A stretch of DNA of 63,564 nucleotides, the filler included, from Choristocarpus tenellus KU-1152 (taxonomy: Eukaryota > Protista > Phaeophyceae): assembly GCA_964200185.2 (NCBI GenBank). It is 11 parts of 11 records of this genome, joined end to end, with 100 filler letters (N's around TTAATTAATTAA, not from the genome) between each part and the next. Parts side by side here need not be neighbours in the genome. Positions count along the whole stretch, not along the records: positions 19,664 to 25,820 come from CAXNAD020008805.1; positions 25,921 to 34,899 come from CAXNAD020004138.1; positions 35,000 to 45,417 come from CAXNAD020002945.1; 8 more parts are not named here. One strand, written 5' to 3'. A model generated the notes under the pieces. It did no database searches and had not been told where the DNA came from. It saw only the letters and a program-made list of their open reading frames with translations. The position numbers were made by a program, and so were the translations under genes. Shown here piece after piece: positions 24,500-37,349 of this stretch (positions within the stretch are counted from its first letter, which is position 1; the number at the start of each line of letters is the position of its first letter).

Positions 24500-27229
24500 G
24501 TGAGTGGGATTAGCGGGTGTATTCCTTGACTGAAGGAAACATTATCATTCACCGTGCTGCGGTTTTGGATATATTCTCGCTGGACCAATCTCCCCGACCA
24601 AAACACACCCTTCCAAGTTGAAGAAAATCCTATTGTACAATCTATGGAGAGTCAACCTTTGTCTTTGTGATGCCTCTGACAGCGGCCTGGCCACAATTCT
24701 CAGATGAACAATTCTCAGCCGCTGGGAGTATTGCATCTCTTGGTGTGGTATGTACTGTTCTTTCCAACATAATGTAAGGGTTAGGGCTTTTAGTGTCATA
24801 AGTCGTCTCTAGAAGGCTTACTTGACATCTCACATAGCCAAAATGACCCTCCAGGTCTGAATTGTGTTTGTCAAGGAAATGACTAGTTGTTTTTCTTATG
24901 ATCTGATGTTTGTTGGGTTGAGGCACAGACAGTAGCAGCAGGTGTTCCGTACCCAATGTATATTATGTTATGACCAAGTTCAACTTGTAATGTCTCCTCT
25001 TGTAGCGTAGGCTGGTGCAGTCAGCTGTGAAGGGTGGGAAACCTTGGCAGGACAAATGTGCTTTTATAGTGGGTAATGCAGTCATAATTTAGTTGGAGTG
25101 TGTCTATTTTGATGATGTTGGAGTATTTTAGAACACTAGTAGAGGTGCGCCCTTCAATGATTTTACAAAGCAATGAACTGTTGCTGTGCCATGTTCATGG
25201 CTGCATTACCTGCCATAGTCTTGCTCACAAACTGTACACATTTTGTTTGGACATTACTGCCCACTTGGCTCTCACACATAGAGATCACTCCTTGTTTCAA
25301 GTCCTTCCACAATCAACAAACTATGCAATAAGTACTCGATTGCACCAATGCATCAAACAACAAAAAGCTTGTCACAGAATAGCAACCAACCCTAACATTC
25401 TACATATCATGAGGTATGTAGCTCTATCATTGAGGAGGCCAATCAGGATGCGGGTTGCTGTACAGGGAATGCAACCAAACTGAACCTAATAATAATAATA
25501 ATCAAATGGAGCATCAGTCACTCAACATTATTGGGGGACATGCTTTTCTCGTCTCTAAGTAGGAGCTCATTCTCATACTAAGAACATAAAACGCAGCTTG
25601 ATTATATTTTTTGAAGTTGCTGTTAAAGTATTGTATTAATTATGCTTACGCCAAACTCCACAGATCTTGCTCATGCCTCTCAAATCGCACCCTCACATCA
25701 TGCACTAAGCTCACAATACCCCTACCTCACCCCCCCCCCCCCTCCTCTTTATCTCTGTGGGGGTTGTGGAGGGTGCTCTCAGTGATATGTTTGTGTGAAA
25801 TGTTAAGGTTCGGTTCAGCTNNNNNNNNNNNNNNNNNNNNNNNNNNNNNNNNNNNNNNNNNNNNTTAATTAATTAANNNNNNNNNNNNNNNNNNNNNNNN
25901 NNNNNNNNNNNNNNNNNNNNACCACGGTATAACGGTATATGGCATACGAGCAATACGGTATAATAACAGACAAACATGCTTTCCACAACACAGAAAATAA
26001 CAAAGCACAAATAATACACCGACCTGGGATATCTAAATTGCGACAAAGAAGGTTGATAACTACTTCTCCCACTATATCAAGTCTTCTACTGCTACGGACT
26101 GCTGGCGAAATTACCTAATAATCTCACGCTTGCTTGTCTGGGCTTTTCACGGTAGTAGCAAATGTGAAGCGACCAATCCAAGGACCAGACTCCAATATTT
26201 TCTGGCATGTCTGGACTGTAACCGGACATTGCTCTAGGCTGGTCGGTAGCTATGTCAAAAATTATTCGTAAGGAGACAAGTTGGGATGTTCTCAATTGTT
26301 GGGGTAATGTATCCTAGAGAGGGGTAGATATTGGCGATATATTATTTTGTGTGTCTTACAAATGGAAAGTCAAACACCTTAACATTCGACCAACCTCCAT
26401 CAGGAGTCTGTGGATGTAGAAGAAAAACCCTTAGGATGGGTGGGTGCCTTGTGATTGGATTGGAGGATATAGGGATGTAAAAATGCAAATCAGAAAATAG
26501 TCACAAAGACCCGTTAACAACGATAGCACGTCCCTCTAGGATTTATTGGTTCATTTAATATATATATATTAAAAACATATTCAAGCATTTCAACTTGGCT
26601 AGGGCACGGGCTATTCCGGTCCAAATATGTTCTACAGGGCCAGTTCATGACTGTCAAGAATTTCAACCTGTCCAAGCCAAAGGCCAGACGGTGGCAATGA
26701 ACTACACCCTAATCATGCTAACTGTTGGAAATAATTAGAATTCCTTGTCCTTATAAACGTGTGATACATGCAGTTGCATGGCGGTGAACTTCTGAGGTAA
26801 GAAATATTAAATTTAATCAAGGCTACAGACTATAGAGCAAACACATCTATTCTATATATTTAACGATTTGCTTCCACAGTACTTGTAGGGAATATGAGAA
26901 AAAAAGTATGATCACATCTGCAGGACATTCCACTGTGAACCACCCAACCCATTACCCGATCAAACATGCAGCCTTACAAATGAAAAAAAAAAGTGCAATA
27001 AACTGAATTAGACCTCCCAAGAAGCATTACCGAAGCCCATTCTAACACGAAAATCTGCTGCCATAAAACCATTTTCCGAGTCACACATAATAACACGATC
27101 TCCACCTGGATTAACTCAGTGATTAATCATTGCTCGTTCCACTTAAGCCCCTTATCAAAATTTATTCCTCATTCACTTTCTTTCTCTCTCTCCTCCACTT
27201 GATAAACTCAAGGGAAGCACGATAGAGGG

Positions 27230-27680
27230 CAAATAGACAACCATCAAAATGGCAGTCAAACCTCGTTATCTGAGAATACACTCTCGACAACGATGTTTAA
27301 CTGCTGAAACCTTCTGCAGCAAAGCTTTTCCTTTCAATCGCAGTGCGTAGGAGAAATACCTCTAAGCACAACAAGAGAGTATGTCTGCATCTCTGTGATA
27401 AGCTCACCAGCAGACACCGTGATGGTCCGTGTCCCCTCTTCTGCCAGTTCCGCTGCGACAGTTACTCTCTCCACCATATTTCTTGTATCCGCCTCACCTG
27501 AAGACCACATCGAAAAATCTTCCCCACAAGTAGATGTAATAGCAAGATCAAGATCATTCAGCAGCTGCACAGAGGAATTTCATCAGCTTCAGGGTCCATC
27601 CAGGTCGGGGTGTCCCGAATCTCAACGCCAGACTGTCCATCTCAAACTCGAAAGTATCGCTTTGCCCAGAGTACGTATGT
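27230..27680 (-). pseudogene. Frameshifted duplicate of the subtilase terminal exon
   Basis: TWMDPEAD..VQLLNDLDLAITSTCGEDFSMWSSGEADTRNMVERV...EMQTYSLVVL parallels about 29345-28960 but has indels and an early stop. Confidence 0.85.
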
Positions 27681-27993
27681 GTGTATAGTAAGTCTGACAG
27701 ATAAATGTAGATTAGAGATGATGCTTACGTGTCGGTAAGTGATAGAGGTCCCTTCGCTCTATGTACACTCTTTTCACAATTGAAAAGTTAAGTTCGATGT
27801 CTCACACCCCTCTTGTTCTAATGTTGCTGTTGGTGGTCTTGACGTTATTTGATTTGATTATTTTTTATTTTATAAGTGAACTTTAAGAATATTTTGTTTG
27901 ATTGTATTTATCTTTTATCAGTGTGTGGAACTTAATAAAATGTTTCACTTGATGTTGGGTGTTGAATGGATCTCTTTTTGAAGAGCTTGTATT

Positions 27994-28111
27994 TTTATTA
28001 TTATGCCCTCTGACATTTTGCAGATGTGTCAGGGGGAGACCAATGAAAACTATATACATATGTGTATATAAAATGTCCTAAACATAAGAATAATGTAAGA
28101 CATTGCGTGGA
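27994..28111 (-). mobile_element. Short 3'-end retrocopy of the CRE-like LINE with 13-bp TSD
   Basis: (TTA)n tail plus GCCCTCTGACATTTTGCAGATGTGTCAG (reverse complement of 11883-11910). Flanked by the direct repeat AAGAGCTTGTATT at 27981-27993 and 28112-28124. Confidence 0.85.
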
Positions 28112-28853
28112 AAGAGCTTGTATTGCAATGTGCAGATGTACCTACCGCTGTATGACTGGTTGATATATATTTATATATATATATATCAGAAGTACTTTGT
28201 GACCCCTCTGGTGTCTATCTGTTAGAGTCTGCAAATGGTCCACTACTAGAGAGTTCATGTACTCACCATTTGGTTGTCCCATCACCAGTGCCAGAGCCAA
28301 ATTTGAGATATGGGGAGAGATGTATTACCAGCTATGAGGTTAAATGCCTTTCGCTACTTGGGCATCTCATTTGTCTGTGTTCCGATAAGCGATGCAACTT
28401 CCCTATTCTTGCATCTGAGGCCCAGCTTGATGTGTTGATAAGAACAATGGCGTTGCAAGCAGAGCATTACAATGATATACCACTCACAAAGTATTGCACA
28501 AATACCACACACCATCCTCGAAAAAAGAAAGGCATTGGAATTAATAAATCAAACATAAAGAGGAAAACACGGTCACACCTGCAGTTCCTTCCATCGGCCA
28601 CCCGATGTCTCTTATCAGAGAGGATAGTCTTGAAAATAGACAAGAAACAAAAACAAGGTTGAATACCAAAGTCAGCCACCAAAATGTCCTCCAAAGGTGT
28701 GATCACAACAAAATCACAGCCTGCCATCGGCAAGCAATTCTGTACAGAAAAAAAATCTCCTCATGGCTCCACATAGCCATAAATGCTTGTTCAGCATCAG
28801 CTACTTTTTCTCATACCACTTTCCTCCCTCACATTTCTTCCACTCCTCTCTGC

Positions 28854-31800
28854 CTAGTTCCCTTGAAGGGCAGGACCGTAGAGGCCGAACAATGATACAA
28901 ACACCAAAGCAATTGCAGTCGAAACCCACGTTGTCTTAGAGTACACCCCAAACAATGACAATGAAGCGCTGAAACCTTCTGATGGGAAACTTTCACCCTC
29001 AACTACAGTACCTGTAGAAATACTGCCGAGCACAACAAGAGAGTATGGCTGCATTTCCGTGAGAAGCTGATTGGCAGACACCATGATCGTCCATGTCCCC
29101 TCTTCCACAAGCACTGTTGGAACAATTACCCTTTCCACTACATTTCTTGTATCCACCTCACCTGAAGACCACATCACAAACTCTTCCCCAATGGGAGATA
29201 TAACCTTCAGATCAAGATCGTTTATCAGTTGCACAGCGGCATACACATCAGCTTCAGGGTCCATCCAGGTCAGGGTGACCCGCATCTCAACACCAGACTC
29301 ATCAATCTCAAACTCGTAAGTGTCATTTCGTCCACTATATACACTGGCAAAGGACGAGTCTGCCACAAAAAGGGTGCGATTACCATTGCCATTGAGAGGC
29401 AAGCCAGCCTCCAGGTGCACCCGACCAAAGCCAGTAAGGCCATTGGGTTCAGAACCACCCCCCATGAGGTTAGCACTGTTGATTAACATTGCCTGGAATT
29501 GAAGAGGAGGGGGGGGGCATATAGATCAATCAAAGACTAACAATGATAGCTGACTCAAGTATCTGGGTGGGGGGGGGCTGTCTACACCAGGGTGTCCATT
29601 TGGCCTAAAATCAGGAAAAGTGCACTTAAATTATCTATCCAACGTCTGCAACCAAATCACTCAAATTCGCGACATGAAAAAATTGACCCAAATGAACAGC
29701 CACCCCCCCCAAGATACTTTGAACTGTTATCCTTGATGATGATAGGGTCTACTGTGTGGCATATACATAAAAGCAAATACAGTGTGCCATTTGGGGTAAG
29801 GAAGATATTTCACTGGGCCACACAGCTACTTCCACAGTTCAGTTCAATGCAGCAAACCTGCAGAAACATCTGACGACTGCAGACAAAACCTCAAGAAAAT
29901 ATTAGAACCAAGTTGTCTTACGATTACCGGATGTTGCAAAGGTTGGCAACGTGGGACAAGGCCCTTCAAACGTTTCGAACTGGGTCAGACCGTGCACCAG
30001 ACCACACCAAAGAAATAGGAAAGGTGTAGTCAAAACGGGGTATAACCCAACCTTTGGTCCAAAGGGGGTATAGTTTACTTACAAGAGGAAATTGACATCA
30101 TATTTGTATGGAAGGACGGAACTACATGGAACAATAACTAAGATTCTACCTATCTCGGTCTGGAACATGGGGTCGTAACCCTTGCCATCTACAACTATTG
30201 AAATGTATCCCTTTTCACCTTTGGGTTACCCAAATGTATATCCCTTACGAGCTTCTCAGACCCACCAAATGTTCGACCTCTAGACCTACTTCACACATGT
30301 CCACTGTGTAGACCCCTTTCTAAGCCTTCCAAATTTCATTCACATATTCATAATTGAATCTATGGAAAAGTTGTTGAATTTTTTTTTCTTCTAGAAATCA
30401 TGTACGAAAGGAACAATAATTTTAAACGAGTACAGGGTCAGAAATATTTATTTCTTCACCGTAACTTTTATTGACCTCATCATAAGAAAACTCTGGAGCA
30501 ATCAGTTTCACTCCTCACCAGTCACTGTCGCATGAAGACTCCACAAGAAAGTTCTGAAGCATCAACAAGATCTGCTCTCTGTATAAAGAGGTGCCAAGCA
30601 CATTTTTAAAAAAGCCCATCTCCTACACTCAATTCTTATGCCCCCTTTAGTCCGAATACATGGGGGCATGCATCCTATCGACCAATGCATTAGAGGAAAT
30701 AGGTAGCTAGATCAACATTTTAGAAAAAAGTATACATGACCGGAACAGTGAGTGATGAAATAACAATTGAAAAATCATCCCTGACTAGAGAAAAATGAGC
30801 ATGGCTAGGAAGGATGTAGGGGGTGCAACTTAACCCAAATAAGTGTGGATATTATTTCCAACTTGAGAAAACTCTTCATCCACATCCAACTGTGTAAAAA
30901 AAAATGTATTTTTCTGAGCTATTAATGGCATATGGACTAGTCCGTAGAATAATTTACGGCTCTAGAACACGCACTTGAGGAATATCAAAACAAGCATTGC
31001 CAGCACACTGGACCATTTTCATTTTTTCAATCCTCCAAAAAGCAATGGGACGTATGAAGCTGAGGAAATAAAAGTGAGAATATCTGGATTTCCTCAACCA
31101 AGCATATGATCGAGGTGCGCCATTGTTGTAGAAGAGTACGGTGTTTTTCCAAGCACTTTCAGAGTGCAGTTACATTCCAACTCTAAGCCTCACCTCTCCA
31201 GCACAGCTACGTTGGCGAAAGAGCATGCCAGAACATCTCCTCTTGAAAAAATGTACAATTTACACTGCTTGAAACAGCAGCAAATTTATATTTGTTATGA
31301 AGCAAAAACTAGCTTGTAAATTGGCAATCACCCCTCCCAAGCACAAGCCACATCAGTTCTATTGGTATAACGATGGAAACTGTTCTTTACTTTTTTGCAT
31401 GTTGACTTTTGAAAGTGTTGTAACTAACAAAACCTCAAACCGTTCCTGCTGCAAGTGCTACCGTACGCCATATACTTCGTAATACAATAGTTCAAAGCAT
31501 TATGCTTAGTTCATCGCATACGCTGAAAGACAACAGTGATCAAGAGTGGGAAACCCTGGCACAACTCTCATCACAAGAGAAGGCATGGGTACCCAATAGG
31601 GGGTTTACCCAGAGGTATAAAGGGTGGGGGCGGGAGGATAACACATCACATGAGGTGAGCTGGTATACTCTAGACATACCTTCACTGTTGCACCAGATGG
31701 CGAAAATGCATCACATTGAAAGGGGCTTCCATTTATGCACACCCCACGTGCATTAAGGTCATTAATATAAAATGCATCGTCCCTGAAGTATTGCCTTACC

Positions 31801-34788
31801 TGCATCCAGATTCAGTTCGGGGAAGCAATGAGGAGGAGGAGGAGGAGGAGGAGGAGGAGGGGAGAGGTTAAACATTCGACTGTTCCAGGTCCCAATACTG
31901 GTTGAAAAGGTTCCTTACCTAGGCTTTTGACTGAACACCTTCTTAGCCATTAACACTTGGACAACTTCAACCCTCAATCCCTGACCACCGAGACACGGAC
32001 CGCTCAATTGACTTACAGCAGTCCTTACAGGGCATCACTTACATCCCTACTCGGTGTGCAAGAAGAGGGCGAGAGTCAGAACCTACTCGAAAAGTTCCAA
32101 ATCTTGAAGGGCAGGCCTGTGCTCACTCTGCTCAAGACCATCACTACTTTTGACCTGTTCTCTGAGCGAAATTTTGAGAAAAAACGAGTCAACAGAACAC
32201 TTCAATTGATCTTTAATGTACAAAGGAGAAAGAATACTCTCTAAGGTGGCCATATGCATGCATCGGTTTCTTGTTTACTCGAATCGCTTGCTCAGGAGAA
32301 AAAGATCATGAGCAATGAATCACATGGTCTTACATACGTACATGCGTGTTTATCTAGTTCTACGTGCTCCATGTTGCTTGCAACCTCTTAGACGGTGCAG
32401 TTATAAGTTACGTCTAATATTCTCATATGCCTTCCATCAGATCCTGACTCTGTAAAAAAAAAAATCGACAAACCTCCTCGAACATACCCAGCAGCAGGAC
32501 AAAAATTGAGACAATACTGAGCAGGATGCTTCCAGCTCCAAACGCAGTGAACAGGGAACAAAGTCAATGGTTCGACTTCCAGCGCAGGCAATTCCTTTGA
32601 TTTCTGCAATACTATTAGCCTCCACTAGATAAAGCATTGGATGTACCTTTGAGGGAAGCACACAAGTAAGGAGATCAATAGCATGTATATAACGAATGGA
32701 TTCAGGGATCAAGGTTGACCGCCTCCATAACATCCAAAACACATTGGCTACTAGAGAAGAGCACATCAAGACTCACTATAGCAGCAGCTCCAGCAACAAT
32801 GGGGGTTGACATGGAGGTGCCAACCAGGGCTACCAGCTGGCAGCTGTGAGCTTCTTCACCATCAGCCGATGCAGAAATCACCTGACCACATCAATGAAAA
32901 TAATCATCCATGCCCACCCGTAGATGGCAAAGAAGTAGGGTGGGCAAGAGGAGGAGGTACAATAGGGTCAATATACTCGAAACATGGCAAGGAAGGTTTC
33001 ACCCTGGTGGAATTGTCAAAGGTTGTAGATAAGGTCAACCCAAAGGTGAGATGACATTTCCATACTGGGGGAAGCTCAAACATACATTATACACATATCT
33101 TGCACTGGTTCTTCATCTCACCTAGGTTCCCAACCGTTTTGCACACCTGCAAGAATCTTCTTCAAACTACATAATATAGATCAATTTTGTAGCACACCTA
33201 CAAATCTATACCACACAACACAGACGTATATAGACACGTTGCCCCTTTTACTGTGGAGACAGTCAGTAATCACACAAAGTATCAACTGCAATGATCTGAA
33301 CAGGAAAAACATTAATCACCAAGCAATGAATCGACATCTCCGTCCAGTCTCGTCTCTTCTGTTTGTGAAAATAGTATGACCAATCCAACATCCCGCCTGT
33401 ACAAAATAAAATTCACCCGGTCTCCAGGTGCCACAATCTCCGGCTTGATTCGATTGTCTGTGGTTGGACCGTATGAGCTAAAGTAAGCCCTGTCATCAAC
33501 ACTTGCAGGATCCTCGTCAATAACTGTCACAGTCGCCCGGGTCACTCCACTAGATGAAGCTCCAACCGTCAGAACATTCTTGGCTATGCCAGGGAAGTTT
33601 ATTGTGCAAGTAGTGCGCCCTGGGTTCCCCAAGTTCTCACCATCATTCCCAGCAGCAAAGATTAGCAGGTGGTCTGGGTTCTAAGGTTGGTTCACAGACA
33701 TCGGGAGATAGAAAATACAATGGGGAAAGGATGGGAGGAGGGACTTCAGCATGGGTTGGTGCAGTACAGAACACATACAAAGAATTGTAGAGCAGTTGAT
33801 AAATATGTGCCCATTCTTCTTCGGAAGGGTTTCCTATAGTGCCAGAACAAGAGGACGATGACATAAACATTAAAAAAAAAATGGAAACTCTGCAACCCTT
33901 TTCAAATGGTTGCCTAGACTAAATTTTCGGCCATGGTGTGGGCTTGGGGTAGGGTCACAGAATACATGAAACTTTCCCCGTGCTAGTTGTACGTCGTGGG
34001 CAGTAATCTGGTGGGCAGTAATCTGGTGGGCAGTAATCTGGTGGGCAAAGGCGCAACAAAAACATATCGTTTTTCTCCCTTTTGTGACTGTCCATTGCTG
34101 TCACAGCAACTTAAGGAAACAAAGACAAAAACAAAAGAGTTGGAAGTTGTGTACAACACTGAGAAGTAGAGAAATGGTGTAGGCTAAGAAAACAAATCCC
34201 TCACATAGGCACCTCATAAAGATAGTTGTCATAAACTATTGATTCATCATCTAGCTGGCAGCCGGCATCACCACCCCAAGAGTTGGTGTGTATCTTGGCT
34301 CCCGTGTTGCCAGCAGCCTCCCACAAACCATTCCCCAAAAAGGACGAGAAGATTGAGTCCCCATCACCAGAGACATCAAAAATTGCAATCTTAGCACCTG
34401 GGGCCATTCCCTCATGTTCTGAGAGCACTTTGGCCCGGTCATTGCCAAGACAATTTGTGGAGTTTGCATCCACACCATCGCAGTCATAATCAGGGCAGTA
34501 TGTGTCAAGATCAAAATAACCATTGTTCTCCAAAAAAGGCGCAGCGGCACTTGCAATACACTTCCCACTGCATGCCAGCTCATCACCCACACCACATTCT
34601 ACAACTGCAGCTGGTGAATTCAGGGTTGACCCTGCTGCAGAGCCTGCCACATGAGTACCGTGACCATCCTCAAAATCATATCCAAAGCCCTCCGCAGGGT
34701 GCCATGGGAGGACAGAGTCCCCATAGTAGAAGTAACGGTCAACCCTTGCTGTTGAGTCTGGCTTGAGAAAATCAATATATTGCACAAC
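28854..34788 (-). CDS. Subtilisin-like serine protease (S8, Kp43-like) with C-terminal beta-sandwich domain and hydrophobic tail; 5'-partial
   Basis: Phase-0 exons 34788-34213 (DGHGTHVAG, IHTNSWG), 33680-33417 (LLIFAAGNDG, AKNVLTVGA, FSSYGPTTDNRIKPEIVAPG), 32881-32777 (GTSMSTPIVAGAAA), 31799-31680 (VRQYF...PSGATVK) and 29492-28854 (AMLINSA...GFGRV...VTLTWMDP...LINDLDL...NVVERV). Confidence 0.96.
29557..29720. mobile_element. MITE family A, complete copy (intron of subtilase)
   Basis: AAGTATCT-G-run ... C-run-AAGATACTTT ends. The ~165-bp interior is homologous to 51685-51854, 59277-59428 (reverse) and 59555-59739. Confidence 0.9.
33996..34047. repeat. 15-bp tandem repeat (GTGGGCAGTAATCTG) x3.4
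   Basis: Read directly; intronic. Confidence 0.9.
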
Positions 34789-35929
34789 CTGGAAAAGGGG
34801 GACAAGGGGTTTGTGGTGTTTGGGAACGGGGTAATGGGGGAGTGGGGGGAAATAGGGGGAAGGGTGGGTAAGGTTGTTGTTGATGGGAAGGGCAGTGCAN
34901 NNNNNNNNNNNNNNNNNNNNNNNNNNNNNNNNNNNNNNNNNNNTTAATTAATTAANNNNNNNNNNNNNNNNNNNNNNNNNNNNNNNNNNNNNNNNNNNNA
35001 AAAAAGGTAGTTTTTTGACTGAAAGGCACGCCCCCCCACACCCCCCCCCCCCCCCCAGATACTTTGACCCCAAATAGAAAAGTTACCCCGTGGTCTTGTT
35101 AAAATACTGATAAGAGGTTATACAGAGGGTGATAGGAATAATCGATTCTTGCATTGGTATTCTCATTCCATATCCCCTTTAGTCTTGTGAGATATATTGC
35201 CACATCAAACATTTGGTAATATTATAATTATGATTGAAAGGGTGTGTATTTATTTATAATTATGACTATGATTGATAGGGTATGTTAGTATTTACAATTA
35301 TGATTTTATTGATAGGGTATGTTTGTAATTATGATTACGATTATTATTGATATCTTTGTAATTATGATTATGATTATTATTGATGGGGTGGCCGAATGAA
35401 GATATTGATGTTATCAATGATTAGTATCAATGGCCTGTTTGCAGCAGGGAATGATTTGTGAATGGGGGCCTTCCACAAACCATTTTTTTCAGTTATTACA
35501 CCTCCTCAAGTGTTGATAAGTATTGATAGAATATTTGTTGTTGTTATGAAGTGTCCTCTGACATACTCTTATACCTGTCATCTATTACTGTCAATACTGT
35601 GAATGTACTGTTTCTCTGTCATGCCATGTCTTGTCATGTCATGTTGTGTCAGGTCATGTCATAGGCTGTCATCTATTATTGTCATTGCTCTTAATGTACT
35701 GTTTCTCTATCAAGACGAAAAGTGCATACAAAAGTTGCCATTGATCGCCAACATATTTCATGTCATTGCCCTGAATGATCGCCAACATACTTCATGTCAT
35801 TGCCCTGAATGGACAACCAGGGCAAAACTCCTACCCTCCGTAATGCGTTAGCTCAGTGCATGCCCCGGTTTTTAAAGATCAATGTCAGGTTTTCCTTGAA
35901 AGAAAGCTAGTGGAGGGGTTCCGTATCCG

Positions 35930-36046
35930 TCAACTTACATTGATCTGAATCAACTTACATTGATCTGAATCAACTTACACTGATCTGAATCAACTTACAC
36001 TGATCTCAATCAACTTACATTGATCTTAATCAACTTACATTGATCT
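35930..36046. repeat. 20-bp tandem repeat (TCAACTTACATTGATCTGAA) x~6
   Basis: Read directly. Confidence 0.95.
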
Positions 36047-37349
36047 TTAAAAATTACTTTCCGAAAAGTACTGGCTCAAAGTATCTTGGGGGGGGGGGTC
36101 TACACTAGGACACTAGTGTGTCCGTTATGTTGTAGATTGTGATCTATTGTCATTGCTGTGAATGTTCTGTTACTCATATCATGTCATATCACTCACACCT
36201 ACTGCCTTCTCTTTTTTGTTGTACTCACTATACCTTTTATGGTACTGTAACTATGTCAGACTTGTTTATTGATCACGTTGGTGCAATCAACCTTCTGTCT
36301 CAGAATTGTTTGTTAATAATCTTTCTCTCTGTGCACACGTCAAGTAATTTTATTATGGTACCTGGTACCATGTAGTAAGTACCAAGTATCAAGACAAGCC
36401 TTACCTTCATACCACAAGCTAGTATCATCCTTGTCCGCGAGAAATATTATTATTGTTATTGTTATTATTATGTGCTAAAACCAAAGAGTAAGGATGATAG
36501 TGATAGTGATAATGATAAGTGTGATAGTGATAGTGATAGTGATGTGATTTGAAGGTACCTCCGTAAGAAAGAAGACAGTGAGCTATTCATAGTGGTGGGT
36601 ACCTGCACTCACTGAGTTATGAAACTTTCAACCCTAACCCTATCCCTAACCCTCAAGAGACTGTATCAACAACACTTTAGACCACGATGGTCTAGTATGG
36701 TATATTATGATATAGTATGGCATAGTATGACACAATATGATACAGTTTGATATAGTATGACACAGTATGATATAGTATGGAGGGGTAAAGAAGTACTTGC
36801 AAATAAAATATGACATAGGAGATTATATCAATTGGGGTGTTTTTTCAGTTTTGACATCAATTGGCATATGCTGTACTTACAATGTATTTTAATAGGTGTA
36901 CTTACATCCTTTCAATTGGTATTTGGTGTATGTTCTTATCTCCTCTTCTGTTTCACTTTTATTATTTTTATTATTATTGCTATTAATATTACTACCTGTA
37001 AAAAAGCAGCAACAGAGAATGCCTGTAGTTACAAGTAACTTCATTATAACACATTCAATAGAAATATAAAGCACCTAACAATAATAATAATAATGATAAT
37101 AGTAATAATATATTCTTTTTTTTTAGGACATATCAATGTTTGGGCTAGAACAGTACAGGCTGTAGTTATAATATTTTATTTTTATTAGTAGTATATTATT
37201 ATTATTATTTGTGGTATGGGGCAAACTGTCACATATCATGGTCACTAGAGAAAAAAGAGTGGATGCAGTAATGCACAGGCAAACAGCTATAAATATTATT
37301 ATTATTATGGCTATTAATTTTATTATTATGGTTCTCTACACATTTGCAG

